DNA of 63,996 nucleotides, filler included, from Atractiella rhizophila (taxonomy: Eukaryota), in assembly GCA_021432655.1 (NCBI GenBank). It is 4 parts of 4 records of this genome, joined end to end, with 100 filler letters (N's around TTAATTAATTAA, not from the genome) between each part and the next. Parts side by side here need not be neighbours in the genome. Positions count along the whole stretch, not along the records: positions 23,712 to 47,282 come from MU271802.1; positions 47,383 to 60,865 come from MU271854.1; 2 more parts are not named here. One strand, 5' to 3'. This document shows, one piece after another, positions 37,958 to 49,949 of this stretch (position 1 is its first letter; every line of letters starts with the position of its first letter). The position numbers were made by a program, and so were the translations under genes. The notes below the pieces were generated by a model. That model ran no database searches, was not told where the DNA came from, and saw only the letters and a program-made list of their open reading frames with translations.

Positions 37958-40450
37958 CGTGAGCTTCAAACTCCCCGTACGAGTGACTGGAGGAGAAGGT
38001 GAGCCATTCCTGGAGCTTTCACCACTGAGGAGGGAATTGGGACTGAAAGTAAACGATGCCTCGCTTTCAGACATGAAGTGACCGTGATGTCGGTTAGTCT
38101 GAACTTGAGACAGGTTGACGAGTGTCGGTCCCACGGAATCGAAAGATCCGACCAGTGAAGTGTCTCCTGCGTGTGGTGAGACTCCGAGTCCAGGTGCGAA
38201 GGGGTCGAGCATGTCAGGTGGGAGGAAAGGATGGTGGAAAGCTCCATGGGGCCAATGAGGAGGATAAAGCGCTTCAATTGGCGGATGGTGGCTTCCATCG
38301 AAGGAAAACGAACCCGTGAAGGCAGACTTCATCTCTTCTGGGATTGGGATAGAAGAAGAGTCAATAGGAGGAAATTGGTTCATGCTGAGATCGGGCGGGC
38401 GGGCGAGACTGAGTCCCGAAGGTGCACCGAGGTGGGGTTGCCCGACTGGGGCAAAGAGTGCCGGGTAGGAGTCCAGACTGGTTACAGGAGGAGTGGAAGT
38501 TGGGAGAGGATGACGGAAACCGGGATTGGGCAGTGATTGGGAAAGACCTTGTGAGAGTCCCCCCAAGACAAGCGGAGAATGCTTTAAACCGCGCTGGAGA
38601 CCCTGTGGCACCATGTCACGCCATCGGCAACACATCTTACTTGATGAAATACATACCAGGCTGGTTTCAGGTTGCGGGTAGTGAAGGGACTGAGGAATCT
38701 GTGGGAATGGTGTTGGAACAGCTTTGAAACCTCCAAAGCCTAAGCCTTGAGGATCAAGAACACCATTGTCCACCGTGGACGAAGCATCCCTATCCCCTTT
38801 CCGTGTCTCCAGGAGGAATTTCAAGTTGCTTGTAGAAGATGAGGTGGAGCTAGGGGGATCCATGTTCTTGAAAATCGTCGCATGAGTTTTACCAGGTGAC
38901 GAGTGAGAGCTGGCCGCGGGAGTGAAAGAAGGGATGTCGTGGAGCGAAGTTGGGATGGAGGTCGAGTTGTTTTCGAGCGATTGGAGGTTGATGAGCTGGT
39001 TGATCGTGTCTTCAATACTCCCAAAACCATCATCGGCTCCATGAACCTGCTGGCCCTCTGGTGAACTCTTCTTCTCCTCCCCCTCCTCATTACTCTCAAG
39101 TATAAAGTTCTGTTCACCGAAAAAGCTAGTGTGTCCCAACTGAGGAAGAGAGATTCGATTCCCTATTGTGGCCCTCGAACGAGAGCGGGATTTCGATTGA
39201 GCCCTCCAGTCCATCGAGATCGTGTCCGTCCTCATCCAGTCCATCCTCGACCGCGAACGAGATTGCGACTTCGCCCTCCAATCCATCGCATCGGGATCGA
39301 CGTCGTTGGGAGGACTATGGCTAGTGCTTGCGCTACCCCTACCCCTTCTACCCCTCCTCTCCTCCGCTTCATCAAACGACACACGTCTCAGCGACTCCTC
39401 GTTCTCCTCCTGTGACACCTGCACACCTTTAGGCTTCTCCGTTTCTTTCTCCCTTTCATCCACTTCTCTACGATTATTCTTGAGATTCACGCCCATCATC
39501 CTCCACGTCAAATTCTCCATCCTTTCCCCATTCGGCAACGTCTTCCTCGCCTTGACAAACAGCCTCCACACCTTCGCAGCCAACGGATCATCCTCCTTCA
39601 AAAACTCATCTCCCCCAAACTCGAGTCCAGCGAGGTCCTTCCGGATCTGATACGGCGTCACAAACTTCTCCTTCCTTGTCGCCACGTCTTTGACTCCATA
39701 CGAATCCAAACTTTCCTCCTTAAAAGTTCCGACAGATCCCTGAAAGCTATCCAATTCCGCCTCGAGATGCCCAAGATCGCTCCTCAAATCTCCCGGCAAC
39801 TTTCTCCCTTCTCTCTGTCTACGTTCTTCCGCCTCCACCTCCGTCTCGACTTCCTTTCCTTTCCCCTTCTCCGTCTCCTTCCCTATCTCCTTCTTCTCTT
39901 TCTCCTGCGAAGACTTCTTCCTCCTCTCCCTCTCCTTCTCCTTAGCGCTCTGCTTCTCCTTCAACTGCTGATGCAACTGTTCCTTCGGTACGAGACCCGG
40001 AAGACCCTTATCAAAGTCTTCCGGCTTCACCGGATTCCCAACCGTCGCACTTGATCCAAGGATAGAAGGAGCATGACCCTGTAAGGACATGCCCATGAAG
40101 CCCTGCTGCAAGGTGGGGGACTGCAAGACGTAACCGCCCAACAATTGAGGGGACAGCGCGCTCGGAGAGGGGAATGTGGGCGGACGATGGTACGTTGCGT
40201 AATTGAAGTGTTCCATGGGGAGGGGCAGGGGGTACTGGGGGAGGTGATGGGAGGTCGAGGGGATCGAGGGCGTGACGGAGGGAGATGGAGAGATGGTCTG
40301 GCTTGATGTTCCGGAGCGTGAGTGAGGGTGGTGGGAGGACGGAACGCCCCCGCCGCTGTCTACTGTGAACTTGCCGCTCCTTTGACCCGATCGCCAGCCG
40401 GGTGGCGGGTTCGTGGGATCGTATGTGTGAGGGAGGGACGAAGAAGCCAT
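37276..40450 (-). CDS. areA: Nitrogen-regulatory GATA transcription factor (AreA/NIT2/Gat1-like), AUG-initiated form
   Basis: DUF1752-type segment DPLAAKVWRLF..LPNGERMENLTWRMM; spliced GATA finger CGNCRT..TPLWRRDAEGRPLCNA|CGLFRNLHGVDRPLSL..VKKRNR. Confidence 0.9.
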
Positions 40451-40814
40451 GGATCTGGTGTAAATAGTTAGCTCCTTATTGGTTGTGCTAATCGTTATGC
40501 AAATGCCAGAGTCGGCTGAAACATGCATGGGCAAAATAAATTGTTCCCTCCTTGTGTTGGGATGATGCCATCGGCAATGAAACTATTGACCTTGCGGATG
40601 ACAGGAGGACAGTACATAAAGCGAAAATAAAATAGTGATCCCAATGGAGAAGATACACAGGGATGCCGTAATCCATCAATTAAGCATGCCCAACAGGTGC
40701 CTTTCAAACACTCTATGTGTGTATGCGGTCACAGGCATCGTTCGCCCCGTTCACATTCCGCTCCATGCACCACCCAACACCTAACGAAACAAACGAGAGC
40801 AAAGAAGGACTCAC

Positions 40815-41374
40815 GCAGCGTGTCCAACTCTATCCTCTTCTCGAGCGTTCTCTTTCCCGTGCACAAGAGAAGAAGGAGGATTGATGAACCAGCTATCGTC
40901 GGTGTCCTCAGTCCCGGCGCTATTCCTTCCGCTCGCGCTTCCGCTTCCCTCGACGCTGTCCACGCTCTCTGCTTCGAGACTACCCTGTTCGATGAAGGAA
41001 TCGAAAAAAGTGAGAAAATCGCCGTCTGAGATGCTGACTGCGGCGCCGTCGGAGGGCTGAGGGGTGCTGGGGAGGAGGGAGGACAGGGTTGTGGTAGCCA
41101 CGGCGCTTTGTACTTCTGGATAGAGTGAAATGTGCACCGAAAGTTGGTTAGGTGGAAGTATGGATGGATGACTGGACGGAGGATCGTGAGCAGTGATCGC
41201 TTTTCGGAGTCGGTTCAGTTCGATCGGTGCTTTGGATCGTGAGAGTCCTATAACTAGTTGGCTAGAGAAGGAGCAGCTGGTGAGTGCAAAAAGATGCTGC
41301 GGGAGGCTGAGGATTCGTGAGATCGTCGTCGAACTCGCTGAGAAGAATAACTTGAAGGAAGAGGAATGCGATGG
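40815..41374 (-). other. Upstream exon of the GATA gene: AUG-free leader, open and in frame with the CDS
   Basis: Donor GTGAGT at 40814, branch GCTAAC ~40470, acceptor CAG ending at 40455; the junction reads gc|a tcc ATG. Confidence 0.7.
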
Positions 41375-41535
41375 TTATTAGGCACAGCCGGGATATCCCG
41401 GTCCGCATTCCACGCTGGATAAAACTTTAACCTTGCATTAACATTGCACACGTGATATCCTTCAGCATCACTCTTGTAGTATAGCTTATCAAGTACATCC
41501 ATTGCAGCACGTCTGTTATAGAGTCATCTGCCAAC

Positions 41536-42078
41536 ATGTCAACTTCCACAGCACCCGCTCCCTCGCCCTCCCTCGTCCGATTCGCCTCCAGCGTGCTCTC
41601 CCTCCTCCGCTCCTGGTCCGCACTCACCCTCGTCCTCTCGCACAACCCCACCACGGGCTGCACCGTCGAGTCCTTCGCCGAAGAGATCGTCTCCCTCTTC
41701 CTCTCCGAAGAGACGATCCCGTCCCAAGAAGCGGTCGAGGATTTCGTGCTCGGGTATTTCGATGAGGACCTTTCGACCAGTTTGGAGGATGGGTCTGAGG
41801 TGGGGGTTGCGAGGGATTTGAGGATGTTGTGGACGGAGAGTCTTGCGGAGGGTGAGGGGGAGACGATGCGGAGGGTGAGGGAGGTGGAGGGGAGGATGAA
41901 GGGGAGGAAGGTCGAGGTGAAGGTGGATGAAGATGAGGAGGTTAGTGGGAGTGATAGTGAGGAGAGCGGAGAGGACGACGTGCAGATGGATGTTATGGAA
42001 CCTTCTACCAAGGGGAGAACAAAACCTGAGCCTGTTGTCGATGAGGACGGTTTTACGTTAGTCCAGAAGAAACGGTGA
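41536..42078 (+). CDS. TSR2: Pre-rRNA-processing protein TSR2
   Basis: LLRSWSALTLVL..VEDFVLGYFDEDLSTSLEDGS..VARDL; acidic region; VDEDGFTLVQKKR tail. Confidence 0.88.
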   Translation: MSTSTAPAPSPSLVRFASSVLSLLRSWSALTLVLSHNPTTGCTVESFAEEIVSLFLSEETIPSQEAVEDFVLGYFDEDLSTSLEDGSEVGVARDLRMLWTESLAEGEGETMRRVREVEGRMKGRKVEVKVDEDEEVSGSDSEESGEDDVQMDVMEPSTKGRTKPEPVVDEDGFTLVQKKR

Positions 42079-42477
42079 TGTGAGCTTTTCATTGTTTGTT
42101 TGGGATCCAGTGTATTCATACAGATCAAGTGTAAAATGCGTCTCTCCTGCTTCCAGACGATCTCATATAACAAAATGCTCCTCTCCCTACTGCATCAACG
42201 CGTCAACAAGCATCGATCGTCACACGCAAAAAGTAGATATACAGATCTGTGACGTCATATGTCGTTGTGTCCAGCGTTCCGTTTTCAGTTTCTTCTCCAT
42301 TTCCATTTAAATGCTGCCCTGCTCTACCTACTATCGATATAATATCCTTGGCAGGAGCATCCCAGCAAGCATCCCATATCCAACAAAAGAAAGGGCATCG
42401 GCCAACCCTCGCTCCCGCGCCGACTGAACTCGTATATAACAAACCTGAATCTGGTAGCATAGCTTGAGGAGGTCAAC

Positions 42478-44896
42478 ATGGCTCCCACTCTTCCAGAGGT
42501 ACTGTACACGCTCCATGCCAAAGCTAGAAATGCTGAACGCACGGCTCAGGATCCAAGGAAAGGAAAGAAGTGAGTATCCTCCCCAACGCGCTAAACCACC
42601 ACACTCATCCATGGACTCAATAATTGACGATGTTGGAAAGGCCAACGGAGGAATCAGAGGCACATCGAATCTTCAGAAGCTACCCAGGCACGACTCCGAA
42701 GAAGGAATACCACCATCATCACAAAGCGAGAAAACATGGGATTCCCACTCCCAGTTCGGCCGTTGGGGTCCTCAAGAGCGCCATTTCGCCTGATGGTGGG
42801 TTAGGGAATGAAGAGAAGCAGAAGGAGGCGGAGAAGGAGATGGAGCAGGATAACCATTCTGAACCTTTACCGGGAATTCAGAATCCTGGAGGTCTGTTCG
42901 TTGGTTGGTTTCTACTGTGGTTTGCTGATTATCGTTACAGCTACGGGTGACGCACTTTTACAGTCGGTGCTGATAATGGTCAGGGACTGATTCGGAGGGA
43001 TGGCAGGTGTAATCTTCGTTATGGATCGAGCGTTTGCGAACGGGTTCACGTACACGAGCGATGAATGGGCGAATTTCGGACAAGGTCCCTTCTGCTGCTT
43101 TGGATTGCCTGGGTGATTAACACGAATTGTGTAGGCGCACCGGAAGTGGGAGAGATTCCCGGAGCTCCACCTCGTCCGAGATCGATCTCGCTCGACAGCA
43201 CACCGGATATCAACGAATATGCTCCGACCACAGGAGTGAAAGAGCTGAGACAGGCTGTGGCGGATTACTACAACTATTCGTTTAGGGAAGGGAAGGAGTC
43301 CAAGTACACTTATGAGAACGTGTGTATCGTGCCTGGCGGACGAGCTGGTAGATTTTCTCTCACCATTCAGTTTTCCTGCTGATGTCGTTGAAGGACTGAC
43401 GAGGGTTGCGGCTGTTGTTGGAGACGTTCTTGTATCCTATTCTTTGCCCGAGGTAAGCCAATTTTCTCTCACCTCGACTAAGACTGAATATTTGCCAGTA
43501 CACGGCATACGATCAAATGCTGTCGGTTTTCAAAAGAATGGTGCCCATACCCACGTCGCTCGATGCTACGGTCAGTGTTCCGTTTTCTTGTCATTCATGC
43601 TGAACTGGTTCACCACAGGACAATTACAGGTTGAATGTGGACAAACTTCGAGAGAACATCCATAAGATGGGCTTATCGGTGGTAGTCGTGTCCAACCCCA
43701 AGAATCCTACCGGTCAAGCGATCGAAGGTCCGTTTCTTGTTTTTGGTGATATTTTGGATTGTTGCTGACCAAATGATCATTCAGGAGAGGAATTGGAACG
43801 CCTTGTGTCTTTGTCTCGAACAGATCAGACCACGCTAGTCCTCGATGAGTTCTATAGCGCCTATAATTATGAGGGGAAGGAAGGAGACGCTTTGAGCGCT
43901 TCGAGATACATTGAGGATGTCAACAAAGATCCTGTCATTTTGATCGATGGCCTTACGAAAGGATTTCGGTAGGTCCTGCTATTCACATTACCCTGAACAT
44001 TCTTGCTGATCGTCTTCAGGTTGCCTGGATGGAGATGTTGCTGGGTTGTCGCTCCACGAAACATCATCTCAGCCCTCAGCGTACGTTTCTCGCCTTGATA
44101 CTGGTTCGCAATCCAACCTAGGATTTCTCTAGCAATCGGGCAGTTTCCTTGACGGAGGCGCCTCTCATCCAATCCAGATCGCTGCCATCCCATTCCTGAA
44201 GAAGGAATTCGTCATGCAAGACCGCCTTGCTCTTCGTTCGTCCACTCCTCCTCTCTGGTTTCGTCTTATCAGTTGAATTGAACAGAGCGACACTTCAAGA
44301 TGAAAAGAGATCACGTTTTGAAACGCTTGAAGGACATGGGTTTAGAAGTCAAGGTTCCTCCCAAAGTGAGTCTCTTCTACACAGAGCTGAGAAGACTTGT
44401 TCCTGAGACTGGCCATAGTGGACTTTCTATATCTGGTTGGACCTCTCCGACCTTCCTGAACCTCTTAGCTCCGGCTTGGTATTCTTCGAAGAGCTGCTCA
44501 AAGAGAAGTGTATTGTGGTCCCTGGCCTCTTCTTCGACATGTGCGATTCCTTCCCTTCTGCTCCCTGATTTCCCTGACGTTTGTGCGATAGAAACCCGTC
44601 GCATCGAAGAAACCTCAGCGATTCTCCCTGTCACCATTTCGTCCGTCTGTCCTTTGGTCCGCCCCTCGAACAACTGGACAAAGGTCTGCCTCCCCCTTCT
44701 TCTTGTCGAACTAGAACGTTGATGGCTAAACCTGTTTGGCATAACAGGACTGGACTCGATCGAAAGGGTGTTGAAGAAAGCTCGCGCACACATGGAAGAG
44801 AAAGGTCATTTGAACGAGTTCGGCCAGAACCTCAAGTTCAGCGGTCCCTCGCATTTCTCCAATTCGTCGACGCACGGCAGACCCGGTTGGTCATGA
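42478..44896 (+). CDS. PLP-dependent class I/II aminotransferase (aspartate aminotransferase-like), many exons
   Basis: TATATAA ~42433; WANFGQGAPE, EYAPTTGVKELRQAVA, SNPKNPTG, LDEFYS, DGLTKGFRLPGWR (PLP lysine), VPGLFFD, VRLSFGP. Confidence 0.9.
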
Positions 44897-45077
44897 ATAC
44901 CATGAATACGAAATGTGATGGTGAATCTGTAACTCGATCGAATTCCATGGTACGAATACAATGATGTGCCGTCGTCTCAATAGTGTACATAGTCAAATGC
45001 GAAGGAATATATACAAAAAATCATCAAATGCCCAATTTTGACGTGATAGATTAAGCACTCAGAGATCGAAAGAGGGA

Positions 45078-47282
45078 TTAACGAACGAAGACACGATAGG
45101 TGATCCAAGCGCCGCAGATTGCTATTGCTGCCAACCCTGCAAGGATGGAGAAGAACCAGTGAAGGTTCTCCACGTCCTGTCCGGGAACATGGACGTTCAT
45201 CCCCCATAGACCAGTGATCAAGCTATCCCTCTCTCAGTACCAGTTACGATCTAGTGAGAGTGAAGGGGACAAACTTCATTGGGAGAAGGATTGTACCTAG
45301 AGCTGTGAGGCGACCGAGCACGTCGTTGATTTGATTGTTCGCCTCCGTCACTGTACCCAACGAGAATCAATATCTGCTAGCTCTATTAATGCAAAGGGAG
45401 AGAAAGAGCGCACTTTCGATTGATATTTGTGCAAGGTAATTTGAATGCGACCTCGACAGGATCTTTTCGTAGTGATTTAAGTTCTGGGTCATGGTGATCA
45501 AGTGATCCTATCATCGAAACATCCGTCAGTACAGCCATTCATACAGTTGTTGTTGTTGAATGATGAGGTGTCGAGATGACGGAGAGGGAGGAAAGCGCAC
45601 CTGGATATCCGAGAGATAAAGCCCGATATCGCTCTTAGGAGCCACGCTCCAATTCTCATTACACCTCTTCGCGAGACCCTTCACCACATCCGCCTTATTT
45701 CCCATCAGCCTCAACAAACCCATCACCTTCTTCCGACACGTTCCTATCCTGCGTCCCTCCCCTCACCTCAGCCACATCCACAACCATGGGAATGAAACCA
45801 TGGGGAGGGAGGGAGGAGAGGAGACGCACCGACGGAGCATGTCGCTTTGTTCGGTCTCCTTGAGTATGAGCACGAGCTCGTCCACGCTGTCTACTTCGTA
45901 TTCGATACCTTGAATCAAAGGACCGAAAGCGTCGGTGATGTCGTCGATGAGCGCGTAGGATATCCAGTCCGATGTGACGTTGATGTAATCCTTCAGTTGT
46001 TTTATCCTCCTCCTCACGTTCTGAGGATGAGGTGTGCCTCTGAAATGAAACTGGCGTGACATATCATATGAGTAAAATGGAAAGGTAATCAAAATGAAAA
46101 GAGAGAGGACATACAGAGAGAGTGCCCTCTCGGAAGACTATGATATACATATTGAGCGGTTCGAGATAGGTCCTGGAATAAGGATCCTGGTCGAAAGATC
46201 TGAAAGAGACGAGGTAATAATTCCTGAACAGCTCGATCTTTTCACGCGTTTCTTCCATCAAAACGTCCTCCGTAGTGAGCGGATGTATGCCGAACGCCTT
46301 TCGTCACTCATCAGAATCCTCCTCTCATCCTCCTCCTCCTTCTGCAAAGGCATAGAGAGATGTAAGGACGGACCTTGGAGAGGACCTTCATCTCCCCATC
46401 CGTCGGACACAACACGTCCAACCACCAAGTGTTCGCTTCCGCATCCTCATCGCTCCTCACCAAACCCATCATTCCTGACATACCCGCTCCCATAGCAGCC
46501 GATGCTCCATAATCCCTCCTTTTCGTGCCCGCACCCATCGTCCCCATCCCAGCGGCACCATCCCTAGCATACCCCATCCAGCGTCCTGCACCGACCTCCT
46601 CCATGTTTGTGTTTGTGTTTGTGTTGGTGGTGGCACTGGCGGTGGTTGAGATTGTGGGACTGGGTCGATTTCCGACGAAGAGTTCTTCGAAAGTCTGGTC
46701 CTCTGAGCTGGGGAGCTCGGAGAGGGATTTGGCGTGGATGGTGGCTGGGAGGGAGTTGGAGTAGAACGAGAACCGATATGGACGTTCGTCTACTGACGAG
46801 GTCGTCGTATCTTTCCTCGTCGGAGAGGCTGCCGAGGCTGACGGTTGTCGATGGGTCGAGGAGGGTTTAAAGGTTTGAAAGTCTGGACGGTTATCCGTTG
46901 CTCCGCTCGCACCAGTGCTGGGATGGTGGGAAGAAGAGAGGAGAGGCGTCTTTTGGTCTGCCTTCGGCTTCACTCCTCCTTCTCCACCTTGGCGACCGAA
47001 AGGAAAAGCGCCGAGAGCGGTCCCCTCTTCGAAGAGAGCCAATTTCTTCTGTCTGACCGGGCCTATACTCTCGCTCAATCTCCTATTCGGCCTCCTCTTC
47101 ACTCCCTCCCTCCCTCCTCCGGGCGCTCCTCCCTCACCGGGAGAAGAGGATGACATGGCGGCATTGACGAAAGCGACCCTCCTCCCCTCCTCTTTCTCCC
47201 TCCTCAAACTCTTCCTCTCCTCCCTCGCCCACTCCTCCAACGCTCCAAAGTCGAAAGGATACAAGAAACCAGGCAAAACCCC
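45078..47282 (-). CDS. ALR1: CorA-family Mg2+ transporter (ALR1-like), 5' end cut by the linker
   Basis: WWLDVLCPT, FGIHPLTTED..EETREKIELFRNYY, DWISYALIDDITDAF, ITGLWGMNVHVPG (GMN motif). Confidence 0.9.
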
Positions 47283-47382
47283 NNNNNNNNNNNNNNNNNN
47301 NNNNNNNNNNNNNNNNNNNNNNNNNNTTAATTAATTAANNNNNNNNNNNNNNNNNNNNNNNNNNNNNNNNNNNNNNNNNNNN
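47283..47382. other. Artificial contig-joining linker
   Basis: N44-TTAATTAATTAA-N44. Confidence 0.97.
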
Positions 47383-48602
47383 GGAATGTTGATGTTTTTC
47401 GCTATTCTGAACGAAACGATGATAGTGGATTCGCGTGAAGATAAACACAGTGAATTACAGATTAGGGATGCCTTGCAGTCTTAGGCTCCCCATCCCCCTG
47501 GTTGCACTTGAAAATCTGCAAATACTAGAAAGAATCTGAAGGTTGAGAGGATGGATTTTGCTTCCCGATCCTGTCCCTCCTCCTCCACTGTGTCCTTCCC
47601 AAAACCAATCGCCAATGCTGGTACAGCAACACCTGGGACCTCGCCGTAACGACGCGAAGTCGGAACAGAACAGACGAGCAAGGAGGGGCCTAGGAGTCCT
47701 GACTTGCCCTGTTTGCTTTGCGGGAGGTGGGAAATGAGAGGGAGGCGATTTGGCAAGTGTGAAACACGACCAGAGTGTTCGTCACAAAGGATAGACGCCA
47801 TCCTTCTCGCTCGTTGACATTATTTCTAGTAAGGAGGAAAGCTGCCGGCGAGAGAGGTGGCGTGTGAGACGAGAAAGGGAAGCGGGATGAGGTGACGTGG
47901 GGGGAAAGTTGAGTTGTTGCCAGGATGATAGCATGGACAACATAAAGAAAAGGTCTGGGAAATAATTGAGCTTATTCGTTGGGATATCCATAAACGTCCC
48001 TAAGACTCAGAGATGAGAGAGACGGCTAGAGGGATGTTGATGAGGGAGTGGAAAATTGTTGGTGTGTTTTACGGAGGGATGAGGTGCCCAGAGATAGTGA
48101 AAGATCATTAGTGCGACTTCATCCCAACCGTTAAAACAAACGACTATGGCACGTTGATGGCTTTCCGGTTGGCGACGTAGAGCCAGGTAGAACCTAGGTA
48201 GAACAGTTGGAGGAAAGGAAACGGGAAGGTTTGGCGTGCCTTCGAGCTGCTGTCAAGTTGAGGAACCCGGTCGACCCCCGACCGTGCTAGTGGTCAGCAA
48301 TAGGTCATCACTATTCATCGCATATTTAAAGGTGGGTAAGCCTTCCCAAGACCTCTCCACTTGAAATGGAGGGGAGGGGACTTACCTAATTACGGCACCG
48401 AGGTGGATTGGAATCGATGAGACGTTCCCAAGCTAGAAAAAGAGGGCGGAGAAGGCGGGGATGTGTCTGGGGAATATAGATGAGACGCTTGGGGATGTGA
48501 AGAGCGAGAGCGTGGTGCGGCGAGGTGAAGCTACGACGAAATTTCAGATTCGATGTTGAGCTACATACAAAATCACCCTCCAGTCGCAAATCCGACATAG
48601 AG

Positions 48603-49130
48603 TTAGGCACTGACCTCGACCAGCTGGTGCGATGTTTGCAAGTCGAAAAGGCGGGCAGTCAGGATGTCCGTGAACTCTTGATTCAGAGAAATGAGGCTCG
48701 AAGGATGATTATCCCTATCCATTTTATCGAGGTAATCGGCAGCCCCCGAGAGATGGGCGATGCGACAACAAGCGGAGTGAAGTCCAAGGTATTTTGGGTC
48801 AGGCAGGTCAAGTTGGGGATCACGGGTGGTTAGGGTAACCTGACGTGGAACTTTATACCTATGAAACACCTTGCGTTCATGGTCCTCTCGTGTTTTGACA
48901 TTGTAAACGTTGGGAACGATCTTATCCAAACAGACAGACACGATGAGCAAACCACAATCGGACACTTAGACACATACTGTTGGCTGCAGCCACAGTTTGA
49001 GGTTGTCAAACCAGTCACGCTGACAAGGTCATAATGTTGCTGAGACGATGTACGTTGTGTCCCTCGAGCTCCTTCCGTATTTCAGGATAACCAAATGTTT
49101 GCAAGATGATCGGCGTGTCCTTAAAGTCAG
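48603..49130 (-). pseudogene. Fungal HNH-endonuclease-like (HNH_2) pseudogene
   Basis: ILQTFGYPEIRKELEGHNVHRLSNIMTLS, then a frameshift into DWFDNLKLWLQPT, an intron, and LDLPDPKYLGLHSACCRIAHLSGAADYLD. Confidence 0.7.
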
Positions 49131-49506
49131 CTGGTAAATCCATCTTGCATGTGTGGCCGTATTGTCAACTGATGTTCGGTTGGAACAAAGCTCGGAAACA
49201 ATCCATTTTGACTTGACTTGACTCATCGAGGAGGATGTAGTTTATTCTTGCACGGAATGGTGGTCTTTTCCTATTCTGAACAACAATTTCTTGTGAGCTG
49301 TTGACACTTACTGTACCGTTATCTTCTCCGGAGATAATAACGATGATGTTATTCCAGGCACGCAGGATAACAGTAGATTAAGGAGAGCTCTCTGCGAGAG
49401 CTGCATGATATGAACATGTATGCCAGAACAACAACTCAACTTGATGGACCTACGAACTGAGGAAAATTTTGAACAAATAAACATAACCGATGCTTCATCC
49501 CTTAAA

Positions 49507-49556
49507 NNNNNNNNNNNNNNNNNNNNNNNNNNNNNNNNNNNNNNNNNNNNNNNNNN
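49507..49556. other. Scaffold gap (50 N)
   Basis: Plain N run with no linker cassette. Confidence 0.97.
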
Positions 49557-49949
49557 AAGCCTCGTCGTCGCCTCCGTCGTTACAAAGGAATAAAAGGAAG
49601 CAAGAAAGAAAGGAAAAGAGAAGAGAAAGGGAGCGAAAGCCAGAAAGACGGCATCAGCAGGAAGAAGGAGAGAAGAAGGAGAGAGGGAGAGAAGGAAAGA
49701 GCAAGCGGACGTCAAGTCTATAGTTTGGGTGTTTAGTGGCGCCACCTTCGAGTGCCACCTTTAGACTTTGAGCGTCCAGCGGCAGCGCAGTTTGTTTTCC
49801 AGTTTAAAGTTCAACCTGGTTCAAGCTGCTCGACTCCTCTACCGAAGGGAGGGAGGGCTTCGCGAGCGATAGTAGGTTAGGTAGGACCCTAGGTGTGGTC
49901 TTCCTCCGTTAGGTAAGGAACAGCGAAGACGAACATTCAGCAAGTAGAA

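Noticed and set aside
37276..44896. GATA factor plus aminotransferase as a nitrogen gene cluster
   Set aside because: TSR2 lies between them and I saw no HGATAR cluster in the aminotransferase promoter.
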